A program made the translations under genes and the position numbers. Of a stretch of 64,000 bases of DNA, positions 25,400 through 39,617 are shown piece after piece. The DNA lies in the NCBI RefSeq assembly GCF_030028105.1, contig NC_092376.1, positions 76,618,935-76,682,934 on the forward strand, read 5' to 3'. Under the pieces are notes generated by a model. That model was given only the letters and a program-made list of their open reading frames with translations. It had not been told where the DNA came from and ran no database searches. The stretch is from Mobula birostris. Its lineage: Eukaryota. Within the stretch, counting starts at the first letter, position 1; the number at the start of each line of letters is the position of its first letter.

Positions 25400-27812
25400 G
25401 CTTCCCAATATTGTTCACCAGACCTGGAATACCTCACAATTAAGTACTGGCCATTTTACCTGCCATGAGAGATTTCAACAATCATTTTGGTAGTGCTGTA
25501 CATTGCACCTTAGGCTAATGTCAAACAGGCTGTAGATTAACTGAGTGATGTAATCAACAGGCGTGAAACAGTACATCCTGATGCCTTCTCCATCATTTTT
25601 TGGGGATTTTAACAGGCCAGCTTGACAAAGTCACTAAATAATTATCAACAGATCACCTAAAATACTAGAGGAAATAACACACTGGACCACTGTTACACTA
25701 AATTCAAGAGTGCCTTCCGTACTATTCCACACCCACATCTTGGAAAGTCTGATCACCTGGCTATACTTCTACTCCCTGAGTATATGCAGATCCTGAAAAC
25801 TGCAGCATCAGTATTGAAGACCAAGAAGGGATGGACCAGGGAGGCACAGGAGTGCTTACAGAACTGCCTTGAATCAGTGGACTGGAGTCTGGATGAGTAT
25901 AGCACATTTGTCACTGACTTCATTAAAACCTGTTTGGATGAGTGTGTGCCTATGAAGGCTTACTGTACATTCCCAAACCAAAAGCCATGGGTGAACCAGG
26001 GGGTTCGTAATCTGCTGAGGGCTGAGTCTGTGGCATTTAAGTCTAGCAATCCAGGTCTGTATAAGAGCACCAGGTATGACTTGTAGAGGGTTATTTCAAG
26101 AGCCAAGAAGCAATTCCAGGAGAGGTTAGAAGTGACATCGATGCACATCTACTCTGGTAGGCTTTGCAGGCCATTACTTCCTACAAAGCAAAACTCAACA
26201 TCATGAATGGCAGTGATGCTTCGATTCCAGACAAGTTCAACACCCTTTACACTCACTTTGAAAGGGATAATAAAACCACAGTTGAGGATCCCTACAGCAT
26301 CCAATGACCCTGTGATCTCTGTCTAGGAGACCAATGTCAGGTTGTCTTTCAAGAGTGTGAACCCTCGCAAGGCAGCAGGGCACAATGGAGTATCTGATAA
26401 GGCTCTGAATACCTCTGCCAACTAACTAGCAGGGGTATTCAAAGACATTTTCTGTCTCTCACTGCTAGTTGGAAGTTCCTACCTGCTTCAAAAGGGCAAC
26501 AATTATACCAGTCCCGAAGAAGAGCAGGGTGAGCTGCCTCAATGACTATCATCAACAGTGATGAAATGCTTTGAGAGGTTGGTCCTGACTAGAATCCACA
26601 CTTGTCTCAGGAAGGACCTGGACCCACTGCAATTTGCCTATTGCCACAATTAGGTCTACAGCAGACGCGATCTCAGTGGCTCTCCACGCAGCCTTGGATC
26701 ATCTGAACAATGCTGTTTGTTAACTATAGCACAGCACTTAACACCATTATTCCTTTAGTCCCAATCAAAAAGCCACTGAACATAGGCCTTTGAACCTCCC
26801 TCTGCAATTGGATCCTTGTCTTCTTAATCGGAAGACCACAATCTGTGTGGATTGGTAATAACACCTCCTCCTCGCTGACAATCAACACTGGCACACCACA
26901 GGGATGTGTACTTAGACCACTGCTCCTCTCACTCTACACCTATGACTGTGTGGCTAGGCATAGCTCAAATGCCATCTCAATTTGCCGATGATATAACCAT
27001 TGCTGGCAGAATTTCAGATGGTGACGAAAGGGTGTACAGGAGCGAGATACACCAGCTAGTTGAATGGTGTCACAGCAACAACCTTGCACTCAACGTCAGC
27101 AAGACAAAGAGCTAATTGTGGACTTCAGAAAGGATAGAATGAATGAACACAAACCAATCCTCATAGAGGGATCAGAAGTGGAGAGAGTGAGCAATTTCCT
27201 GGATGTCAATATCTCTGCAACATACTGATGCAGCTATAATGAAGGAAAGACAGTGGCTATATTTCATTAGGAGTTTGAGGAGATTTGCTTCACCAACTAA
27301 AACACTCAAAAGCCTCTACAAACGTACCACGGGGAGAGTTCAGACTGGCTGCACAAGATCCAAGTAAGTTGCAGAAATTTGTAAAATTAGTCAGCTCCTT
27401 CATGTGTACTAGGCTCTGTAGTATCCAAGACATCCTCAAGGAGCAGTGCCTTAGGAAGGCAGCGTCCATCATTAAGGATCCCCACCACCCAGGACATGCC
27501 CTCTTCACACTGTTACCATCAGGAAAGACGTACCGAAGCCTGAAGGCACACACTCAGCAATTCAGGGTCAACTTCTTCTCCTTTTCCATCCAATTTCTAA
27601 ATGGACACCAAATCTGTGAACACTACATCACTTTTTTTTGCACTACTTATTTTAACTTAACTACAGATATGCATACACACACACATACGTATACACTTAA
27701 TGTTGCTCAGTTTTTTTCTCTATATTTATTTATCATGTATTTCAGTATACTGCTGCTGTAAAGTGAACAAATTTCACAACATATGCCGATGACATTAAAT
27801 CTGATTCTGATT
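25400..27812 (+). mobile_element. Rex1/Babar LINE, decayed (APE and RT remnants, 3' tail)
   Basis: CSPDLEYL..., [47 protein letters not shown]; (TCTGAT)n tail at ~27800. Confidence 0.88.
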
Positions 27813-28389
27813 TAATACTGGCATTTTAATCAAACTTGTTCCTTATGTGTGACAATGCCAAACTCAATAATGTTTGAAGACAAAATAAGCCTACCTGAAG
27901 AAAGTGTATATGGGCCAATAATATAAATAAACTTGTAAAGCTATCTCTCTGATTAGAAGTTGGGAGTTGAAATCATTCTATTTGCAGGCAGTTCTACATG
28001 ATAATCTGTGCATAATTTGCATTACTGTTATTTTACTAAAAACAGAAAATGCTGGAACTATCCAGCAAATTAGCTGTGTTGTTTTGTTGTATTGTTATTA
28101 GCTACAGTTGAGTCACAAGTTTGTAGCTTCAAGTCCCACTCCTGGGAGATGAGTGGAAAACCAATTGCAACACTGAGTGAGTGTTAGAGGTGCGAAGTTT
28201 GAAGTAAAACGTGAAATCATGGTTCTACCTACTTTTCCTTAGGGTTGTGGTACTAATTGGAAGAAGACTGCAATTATTCCTGTGTTGTGGCCAATTTTGT
28301 CTCTCATTCAAAAACATTAAGGCTCATTATTTGGTCATTATCACATTGCCATTTGTAGATGTACTATTTGCAACTTGTATTGTTGTCTT

Positions 28390-30440
28390 TCCTCTATGAC
28401 TACAAATCAAAACAGAAAATCCTCGAAATATGCAGCAACTCGGGTAACATTTACAGAAAGAGGAATAGAATTAATATTCCAGAACTGGAAATTGCTTTAG
28501 TCAATTTAATAAAAGGTATTTATAAAAATGTAGGATGGTGGAAAGGGGAAGAAAGAATCAAAAGAAAGATCTGTAACAGAATGAAAGGCAGATTTAATGA
28601 CAAAAGGCAAATGGTACAAGAAAGCAAAAATCTAGATGGAGTGTAATAGATAAATAATTATCTGAAATTACCAAAGAAAAACTGGAAATATGGAGAAAAA
28701 TGTCAGAAATTGATGAACAGAGTGCTAACTCCAGAAGGCTGTTATGTGTCTCCTTCTGGAGTTGATGAGTTGGTGATCCTTGAGCTAACCTTGTAGTGGC
28801 TGAGAACAACATGGACAAGGAATGCTGAATTAATGTTATAGTCACCTAATGTGACTACAAAAGTCACCTAATCTATATTTGGTTTTCCCTGTGCAGCAGA
28901 GACCATATGACCAATGATGGAATTACAAATTCTACCATTAACTTTTTGGGGTATGTATCTTTGATTTACAAAAGCTATGTTTTGCTGTAACAAATAACCT
29001 TATTGCATGCACAGAAATACATTGTACTTAAATTCCCACAATCTACTTCAATCAGCTTTAATGATTTATGAACGTTTGGTTAATGAAACCAGGAATGTTT
29101 TTTTTCAAAATGAAGGATTGTCTGCACATCATATCTACTGAACAAAATTTAAGCAAACCACTGCTTCATAGCAAAGATTGTTTGGGGCTCTGGATGGCAG
29201 GAAGCGAAGAGATGGTTATGAAGGTAATGCATCTCCTGTTTGTATGAGAAGATAGCCTGGGAAGGGGACTGGGTGTATATGCAGATGGAAAAAAGAACTA
29301 GAAGCATCCCAGAAGGAATGGTCCCTTCAAAATGCTAAGAAAGGAAGTCACATCTAGCGCCTACATTGTGTTGGATGCATCAGAAATTGCATAGGAAGCT
29401 CTTTAGAATGCAAAGGCTGATGAGGTGGAAACATGAGAAACCTTTCCAAGTTCTGAGAGTACATTGATGAGCTGAGAGCAGAAACATAGGAACTGAGTGG
29501 GACATGGTCATGATCGCGGTTGACTACGATATGGGGAATCCATAATTGAGGATAAAAGATGGCAATGGCAGAACAAATATCCCTAGAGTGCTGGAAGAAT
29601 GGAATAGTGAAGCTGGGTAGAGGGATATCAGTAGACATACTGTATTGTAGCTGTGAGAGTCAGTGGGCTTGTAGTATTGGGTCACAAGTCTATCACGTGA
29701 AATGGATATGGAAACATCAAAGAAGAGGTGGCTAGTGTCAGAGATGAGCCATGTAAAGTTGAGAACAGGGTGGAAATTGCCTCCCATGTTTGCAAATCAC
29801 ATAACAGCAGGTCGTAGCAGGAATATAAATATGAATGGACCAGAAAACAAGGAAATGGAGGTTACCTGTGTAGGATTTAAATATAGAATGTACCTCTTAT
29901 TCCACAAAGAAGGAAGCATAACCCATACTCTCATATAGAAACAACTTATTCAGAAGAAGTGAATTCATAGAAGTTGCTCAATATGACCTCAGTCAGGCAG
30001 AGTAGGGTGATAATAGGTAAGGCTAGCTGGTCCTCTGTTCAAGGAAGAAGCAAAAGGCTCCTCAAGGCTTCTTTGTGATATGGAGATGTAGAGGCATTGG
30101 GCATTCATAGCAGAAATGACCAGTTGGGACCAGTAAATTGTCAAAATAATGGAGGAACACCAGAAAGATTGCTGTTGTGGATGAAGAGAGAATGAACAAG
30201 GAATGAAAAACTAAGCGCACAGGAAGAAATGAGTTCTGTGGGCTGTACCTGCCAAAGCAATGCATCAACAGGGACAGCCCTACTTTCGGATCTTAGGTGG
30301 AAGTTGGCTGTGTGTGGTTGAAGTTAATGAGGCGTGAGGTGGGGAATAATAATCTTCTGAATGAATGAGGCTAGTGTCTGGGAAACAATGATCTGATGTT
30401 CAATGTGGGGTCATATTTCAAAGTGTGGTACAAGCAAGTA
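28390..30440 (-). mobile_element. Old, fragmented PLE with RT remnants
   Basis: LNFTWLISDTS...ISISRDRL...YYKPTDSHSY is a Penelope-type RT motif. Confidence 0.65.
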
Positions 30441-30479
30441 TTAGATAACTGGCAGTTGGTGAGGATCCTGAAACCCCAC

Positions 30480-30690
30480 ACTCAATGATTCAGGAAAACT
30501 TCCTTCCTCTCCACCATCAGATTTCTGAACAGTCAATGGGCGCACAAACACTACCTAAAATTCCTTTTTTTGGCACTATTTATTTCTATTTGTAATTTAT
30601 TGTAGTTTATGTCTTTGCACTCTATTTCTGCCACTAAACAACACATTTCATATCAATATAAGTCAGTGATAATAGACTTGATTCTGATTC
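30480..30690 (+). mobile_element. Rex1-type 3' end fragment
   Basis: cacactcaatgattcaggaaaac...ttgattctgattc resembles the 3' end at 27550-27812. Confidence 0.65.
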
Positions 30691-32454
30691 AGCACCAGAA
30701 ATGTTGTGGTCAATTGGCAAACCACAAATTCAGATTGAAGTAAATTGGAATAGAACAGTAGATGTCACACTGGCAGGCTGCTTTGAAATAAACATCTAGA
30801 GGTAAAAGCACAGAGGATGGTTCCAAAGGTAATTTAAAGATAAAAGCAAAGGTTCATTGTACTGTATCAGGTAAAAGTGGTAATTGCTGGTTAAACAAAT
30901 AGGCAGGGATGTGAAAGATTGCACCATTAAACTCAGTAGTTTCCCGTCGTCTGTACTTTTTGCCTGGCCTGCTGAGTTCTTCCAGCATTTTGTGTGTGTT
31001 GCTTGGATTTCTAGCATCTGCAGATTTTCTCTTGTTTGTGATTGAAGTGTCCCTTAATATTTGTATTTTAATCTATGCACTCTCTCTTTTATTCATTTCA
31101 GGATAAGAATTTCATTGGTTTGACCTTTTATTCTATATTGAAGAAGGGTGAACAACAAATCATTGTTTAGTTTGTAAGCAAACATTAAGTGCCTCTTCCT
31201 CTGTGCGTTTTTCTCCTAATGTTACCCAATGTAGTTCACGGAAAACGAATATCTATTCTAACAAATATCTGTTCGTAAACCATCTACTAAAGTAGATATT
31301 AAAAATATTCTCATCTGAATTACCGTTTCGCTCACCTCGGTAAACTCGAATGAATTCCAGGGAGTTTTGTGCCTGCGTGTGGTCCCAGGGGTGTGTGCGT
31401 GTGTGGTGTGTATGGGGGGCGGGGGGGGAGAGGGAGGATGTAGGGGGCGGTTCAGCTTCAGCTAATAATAAACGCTAGGCCAAATCTGGCTTCCAAATTT
31501 GTTTTCTTTTCTGCAAAGTTTGGCTATCCTGCTGGGCATCAGAAGTAAACGCAAATGTTAAAGCAAGCCTAACGCAGCCCGATTAGGGGTAACTGTTAGG
31601 ACGGAAGGGTGGCCTTTGGGATACCAAGTTTTCAGTTACGAGTTGAGGATTTTGACCGCTTGATAGGAAATGTCACAAACGGTTCTTTATGGTTTGGTTA
31701 ATAATTCTTTTTCACCGATTCGGGACGAATGGATAATTTCAGCGATGAAACGATGACAAGAAAGGTACCCTTCCCCCAACCTCAAGTATTGTGGCCTCAA
31801 AAAAGCCTCAGGAAAGCGATAACGCTGGGCTACATTTTTTGAAAACAGAAAAACATTCAACATTTTTATGCAACCAACTGTATCGCATTTGTTTCAGCCT
31901 TAGTGGCACGCTTTTATTGTAATAGTTACCATTTTAAGTACAATTGATTGATTTTGCTTCAACTGAATCCGCATGGCTCTGTATACAGTCGACGCGCCAA
32001 ACGAGACGTCGGGGAAAAGGAAACACGTCTGCTCAAGCCGAGATCTGATCGAGGTGTCACTGATTTTCTGACGGCCAGCCCAACACACATCAAACGATAA
32101 ACCATTTCAGGCGAAACTTTGTGATTAGACGATGGTTAGAAATTAATTTTTCATTACGGTATCGGGCGGACAAATCTTTTGAGAGAAAATCCAGCCTATC
32201 TTTCTTTATATTTCCCTTTTCAGTCTGTTAAGTGATGTGCATTAACGGAGAGCTGTGACAACCTGTGGCAGATTCTGTAAATGATCCACACTTACTCTGC
32301 TCGTTTCTTATCAAATGGCTGGGCGTTTTCTGCCGTGTAATGCGTTGTATAACAATAATAGCATTGATTACGGTTCGGAAAACGCGAAGGGAACCAGACG
32401 CAAAAGTTGCACTGATCTTTCCGAGTGAGGTAAATGCGACCAGATTCCCAGATC

Positions 32455-32600
32455 ACCACAGGAGGCGGGGAAAACCAGGATGGCAATGCACAAAGTTGTG
32501 TTGGGGGGGGGGGTGGAAGACTACCCACCCAAAACCCACCGGGCTGGGCTCCGCCCCTGCGACATCACCGATCACGTGGGCAATCAAAGTTGCGTGCGGG
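32455..32600 (+). promoter_or_regulatory. Putative YAP1 proximal promoter
   Basis: GC boxes GGAGGCGGGG (32461) and CCGCCC (32551), an E-box CACGTG (~32573) and a CAAT-like element 180-310 bp upstream of the ATG. No TATA box. Confidence 0.5.
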
Positions 32601-32710
32601 CTGCCACCAGTCGCAAACTTTTAGTTTCAGAAAGTTTCCTGTGAAAGTTATTGCGGTCGTGATTCGACGGCAGGTTCGATGTCAAGTTGAAAACTTTCGG
32701 CGTGATTTAG

Positions 32711-33271
<561 letters not shown>

Positions 33272-36200
33272 TAAGTGCTAAACAAATGGATCCTCCTGCC
33301 CAGAAATTACGAGTAGTTTAGTTTTATTTCGTATTTTGCCTAATTTAGAAGCCAGTCTGAGCTCCGCATGAATGGCGCTGTGGATAGCGTTTCTCAACAG
33401 TGCACCAGATCGGGTTACACAATTGAGAGGATTTCCTGGCTTTCAAGGGATATACTGCGAGCTCTGTAATGCAGGTTTAGACAGACTTTCCAAAGAATCC
33501 GACTCTCGATCTATTTGCTTTGGGGGTTGTGTTTAAGTGAAGTTAGTGTTTAAGTACAGTATGTAACGGCGGGAGGGGAAGGAAAGCAACAACATTAAAG
33601 GGCAGTGGGTGGTTGTGATTTATTAAAGGGTAAAGGAAATTTAATTTATTAGCCATGTACAATAAATTTTATGGTCAGTGATGGATTAAGTTGATTTTAT
33701 ATTATGGATTAGTTCGATTACGAACTGAGTTTAGAAAGAAACTTTGGAGAATGGCTATAAATGCCAGGAAAAATAACTTCAACACAATTTTGTTTTAAAT
33801 TTACAGCATTTGCGCTTTTTTAAAAAAAAATTGCAATGTGCAAAGTTCACGCAGGCGTTCTACAGTTCTTGTATTCCATGGTAGATGTGGGCAGTCCTCG
33901 ACAAAACGAAACCTGTCTCAAAATGGCTCGATTCTGGCCATCCGGTTTTGTGTTAGAATCATTTAATTTGTTTGACTGCTGGAAGTACCTGATTTAAGTA
34001 TTTGACGGTCTGAATCGTTGCAACAACCCGAATAGAGTCAGTAGACCAACTTTTCACATTCGACGCCTATCGAAATCTTGTTCCAACCGAGGCCACTTGG
34101 TGACGCACCTTATTCCCAAGTGACTCAGAAACGGTTCAAATCTTTTGAGTATAAGCTCTGATATATCATTCACCAAATCTTGTAAACGTCACCAACCTTC
34201 AATGTATATGGCTGTTCTAGAACGAATTGGTTAAGAGGCTTGTCAGTTTTCTAATGAGAATAGGACTTAGTACTTTTTAAAAAAAAAATCCAAAGTGGTA
34301 AATACTGTACTTTAACGTAGTCTTGAAGTTCAAAACAGTTAAAGCTTCCTGAGTTTTCGACAGTGGCTCCAGTTTGCTGAGATTTGCAGCCTGAGATCGA
34401 CAGAAAGCTTCTCCCCCTCCCGCGTGGCCAGTCAGCGAGCCCTATCCATTTCAGAGTGTCGGGTTACACCGGCAACAATAGCACTCTGTAGGAGGCTGAG
34501 ACTGCAAAAGTCCGCATGTCTGGCAGGAGTTATCTCTATGGGTCCAGCGTTTGTTCCTCTGCAGACAGTTAGAGTCAATTGTTGAAAGAGCGGCCTGCTG
34601 ACAAGGATGTTTCTTTAAGCTGAAGAGTAACGTGGGAAGTGCGGACAAAACCTGCTTGTAAAGTTTATGAACTTTTTAACCTTCTCGCTTCACAGGAGGA
34701 GGAGGGGACAAAGGGGCCGGAGGAGTCGCCATGTCGCTCTCAATTTAAGCCTCGGATAATATTTCCATGTTAGATTCACGGCATGAGATTTAATTCCTGT
34801 TGTTATTGATCTGATCAACGGATCTGTTCTCTTGTTCGACAAATGTAAAGGTTTTTCACGAACTATGCTGATTGGAAAAAGTATGATGTATTTTCTCGCT
34901 TGCGAAAGAGCGTAACTCCGTTCTTGTTGTCCGCTGACATCATCTTAAATGATAAACCTGCCCAGTCAAGTTCTGCGATCCATTTAATGGAAACGATTAT
35001 AATGATCGATAATCATAAACCGTACTTTATCCGTCTCTGGGTAAATAGTGTAGGTTTGACTTGCAGCTTCACATCTCACTACAAAATCAAAGCAGCTAGC
35101 AACTTTCTCAACATTACTTGATTTTGGATTCTCCTTTCACTTGATGATCATATTAAATCGTCATCTACTTTGTTTAGCTGCTAGTTCAGATCAGCGCGAA
35201 ATTATGTTTGGTCTCCGGGGTGCGGTTCTTTGCTATTTGGAATTCGATATTTAAAATCCATGTCCTCTATAGCTCGGTCAGTGAAGAGTTAGCCGGCATC
35301 CTACATGCATGCCGATTAACTGTGCCGGGGGGTTCTATCCCGTTTGCGACTGAAGGTCCCCACGTTCCTGATCATTCAGTCACCAAAAAATGTTTGCATT
35401 TGATCCCGTCTTTTTTCCTCCTCCTGGGGTCTGGATCAGTATCCATACGAAACTTGCCTGATCTTCCTAGTATCTGAACTCTTGTCTTTGTTAACCTATT
35501 TGTTGACTTGACCAACTGAAGGGGCCATTTGTTCACCGAATGTTCCTCTCGCCAGTCGATTGTCAACAGCCTCTTCCTCTCGAATAATTGGCCCCTTACT
35601 GAGGCTTTCGGCGGGCTGACGACAGAAGACGGCAGTGATAGGCATGGGTTTACCTCAGTCGGTGGTCACTCCCTCCTCCGGTTTTCAGGTGAGGAGCTCC
35701 TGGAATATGCGCCCAACAGAAAGCCATCAAATGTCGCCGTCTGCCCCATGTCAGAATTAACGAATGACATAGGAGTACACGTGGACATCTAAGTGACTCT
35801 TTTAGAAAGCTCAATGATTATGGTAATATTAAATTACAACCATAAACGTCTGACGGAGGACTAGGTAATGTTGGTTATAACATCATAGGCTTGTTTTGTT
35901 TGCAGTGCTGGAAGTAAGGATTGAGTTTGGTATCTCACTTTTCAGAGTACTGGTGCAAGATATATTCAAAACTTGCAGTTTGGTCCATGCTCAAAACTGT
36001 TCCTTGAATTTAATCAGCCTTGTCTTATTAAGGCGCAAGCTCTATGGAAGCCCTGACAGTCCTGCTGTGACATTTTCTTTAAGACAGATGGGAGACTCTA
36101 TCCCAACTGAGCTAATTAATTTGGAAGAAGATTGGGTAGTATTAGAATGGAATGAACACTAAGAACCTTATTGCCTTTAGCCAATGATTGTCAATGGCTT

Positions 36201-38789
36201 GTTTATCTTTACTGGTAAAGTAGGACCAGATATTCAGGGCCTCTGGTGAGCAGAGGAAAGAATAGATCCAGCACATGGTTAGTATTGGGGTGTAAGCTTT
36301 GTCATGTGGCCTTCTTTGGACCTTGGAAGCACTCAAAACTTCCTGAAGACATACCTATACTTAGAAAACCGAGGTGCTACTGATTGGAAAATTTAGGTTA
36401 CTGCCCTGTTCAGGAGTCAATATATCTGTGAAGAAAAATTTAATTTGCCTTTGATTTAATGGGTAAAAGGGTAGATTAGAGAATTCCATATGTGAGGAGT
36501 GTACAGTATCTGTATGGGAATTTGTTTCATGATGTAGTTCCACAGATATTGATTTCATAGTTCATTTAGCAAACTGATCTCTTGTCATTATTCATGTGAT
36601 GCTGGATAGTTGCATTGCTCATGCAAAACCCTTGTCCTGGGCCTCTGGCCTGTTCCCACCTGAAGTCAGTCGTAATAATTAAAAGTAAGGGCTGAATTCT
36701 ATGGCCAATTCTCGTTTTCATTGCTGTCGCTGTTTCTCCCTTGCATACAGGAATCAGTAAATCATGTGATACATATGATATCATGAATGATATTAGCTAA
36801 CTCAGTAGAAACTGACGAAGATATTGAATTCAATAGTAATTCTATATATCTTTTGAAATAAAGGAGAAAAAATACCCTTAAAATAAAAGGCACTTGCACC
36901 ATCTCACTGATTAAAGCAATTTATTCTGATTTTAATATGGCTATTGTTGATGTAAGTTGTCAACTTTGCTGCTGAAATGGTTTTAGTACTAGTTTTTAGT
37001 GATGTTGTTTCCATTCAGTTTTTTCGTTTTAGTTAGTGTGCAAGCACATATACTTCAAACTGTAGACTGTATTCGTAGCTGCAGCTAAACATTGCACAGC
37101 AGGCAAATCTTCCTGGCATGGCTGAAGTTTTCACTCTAGCAGTAGTAAATAAAGGCTTCCAATGTGTATTTTGTAATTGTACACATTTAATTTTAGGGGT
37201 CACATTGATGTACCCAACAAATTCTCAACTCGTTAACTTTCAGTTATAATCTTGGAGCATTACACTGAGTAGAAACTTGGCACAAGAATTACTGTTTAAC
37301 TAGGTCTATCTGGACTGAACTTCTGCTTCCTGTGCGGTATTTTTTTAAAAAGTAGACATCCTGTCTCAGCCATGGTAAATTTGTTTTAATGGTCATTAAA
37401 CAGTGAGTCACTTGAGTTCAGCAGTGGTACTGGAGTCCTCAGCACATGCAAGTCTCTTTCCCATCTTCTGATGTGTTTAAAAATAAATGACTGTGAAAAT
37501 ATCCTTTGGACACTTGGAGAAAGGTGGGTTCATTATTGGATCAGTATTTAGTCAGATGACCTTTAGCTTAATACTGTATATTATGTCATTACACAGTAGC
37601 TAGCTCCTATTACCTTATGGTATAATCCTATTGGTACAACATATAAGTTATTCCATTGTTCATACGAGAGTTTGATTCACGTGAGCCCTCCTCTTCTGCT
37701 ACATCTATCCCCATTAATCTCATTACATCCTCTTTTGTCACTTTGGTGCTTGTACCTTCCTTTTTAAATGCAAGTCCTTGTGATAATGAGTTCCAAAATC
37801 TCACCACTCTGGTTAGTGTCATGACAATTCCCTAGTAGTGGCTTTTTTGGTGACTCCATTATGTATTTTGTTCCGTACTGGCAAGAGCATATCTGCATCT
37901 ATTCCAATCAAGACTTCCCTCATCTTAAAAGTCTGTTATCAGCTCCCTCCTCCATGTCTTTTCCAGGGCAGCAGATCAGGCATTTTCTGAGGTGAGGCAA
38001 ACCTTTTGGGTTAATGATCTTTTACTGGAACTGGACAAGTGACAGCACAAGCATGTTTCAATTTGCTGACTAGGGGCAGGATGGAAAGACAAAGGGAATG
38101 TCTGCAATTGGGTGAAGACCAAGATGAATCAGAAATGCAGTTGGTGCCCTCATAACCAGTCTGTCTTGAAGAGTGTAAAAAGCGGGAGGAGAATGAGGGC
38201 GGTACAGAGAAGAAATAACGCTTGAGCTGTGAAATGCATAATATAGCATTTTCTGTAAATTTTAAATAAAACAGTATTAGAAATAAATACTCAGCAGCTT
38301 ACTTAATGTCTGGCAAGAGAATCGCCTCAGTTGATGATGCACATGAATGACCATGGGCCAGAAGTGGTCAGTTTTGATGCAAACCAGGCAGTTGGTTATT
38401 TGAAATTGAGTTGAGAACTACAATGGCCTTAGACAGATGAGGTGCTGATTTCTAATCTCTGCCACTAACATTGTCCGTAGAAAGCCCAATTGAAGGATAG
38501 AACATGAGGGGGATTTTAGTTAAGTGGTATGTTCTTGGAAGCTTAAATTTGCTGTTGTGGACTGAACAGGGCTATTGTGCAATCCTGTTTATTTCAATCA
38601 GTCAGTTCATCCGTGTACCCCTTTACTACCCTTCCACAATGCTTCTACTCTTTCTGAAGAAATGTGTTAATATTCGGGGGATAGTCAAGTGCTTAATTGC
38701 ACATGACTTTATAATTTGATTTAGCATCCTGCAAAATTTTTCCATTTTCAGCTTAATAGAAGATCATCCAACAAAAATAATTAACAAGA

Positions 38790-39255
38790 GAAACAAGAAA
38801 ATCTGTAGATACTGGAAGTCCAAGTAACACACAGAATGCTGAAGGAACTCAGCAGATCAGGCAGCATCTATGGAAAAGAGTACAGTCAATATTTTGGGCC
38901 AATACCCTTCGGCAGGACAGGAGAAAAAAAGCTGAGAAGTAGATTTAAAAGGTGGGGGGTTAGAGGGAGAGAGAGAGAAAGACAAAGTGATAGGGGGAGG
39001 TATGAAATAAGGAGCGGGAAAGTTGTTGAAAGAGACAGAAGGCCATGGAAGAAAGAAAAAGGGTGAGGAGCACCAGAGGGAGGTGATGGGCAGGCAAGGA
39101 GATAAGGTGAGAGAAGGAAAAAGGAATGGAGAATGGTGAAGGGGGGGGTTTGGGGGGCATTACTGGAAGTTCGAGAAATTGCTGTTCATGCCATCAGGTT
39201 GGAGGCTACCCCGTCGGAATATAAGATGTTGTTCCTCTGACCTCATTGTGGCCAA
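38790..39255 (-). mobile_element. PLE 3' end/pLTR with a degenerate hammerhead motif (38883-38920)
   Basis: Same family as 62689-63847. The minus strand reads CTGCCGA-AGGGTATTGGCCC-AAAA. Confidence 0.82.
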
Positions 39256-39617
39256 GTGTAATGAGGAATAGCAAGTTCAGAATTAGACCTCTTACTGCAG
39301 AAAGTGACCTTTTTCCTCATCTAACTTTTTCTTTTTATTTTTCTACTTTTCTGCTTGTCGGATTACAAGGCACGAAGGCTTATTTTTGAAGGGACTAAAT
39401 ATCAAATTACTACATTTTCTTTCAGTATGTGTTTAGAATGGACATGTACTGCACAATTGAAATCTGAAATGGATTCTTCCAATCCATTTTTAATTTGTTT
39501 AAAGGAGGTATCATTAATTAGGATGCATGGATTTAAATTGAGAGTGTTAATGTTATTAATTAGGAAGCATGGATTTAAATGGAGAGTGTTAGTGTTAGTT
39601 AGTGTTATTGATTAGGA

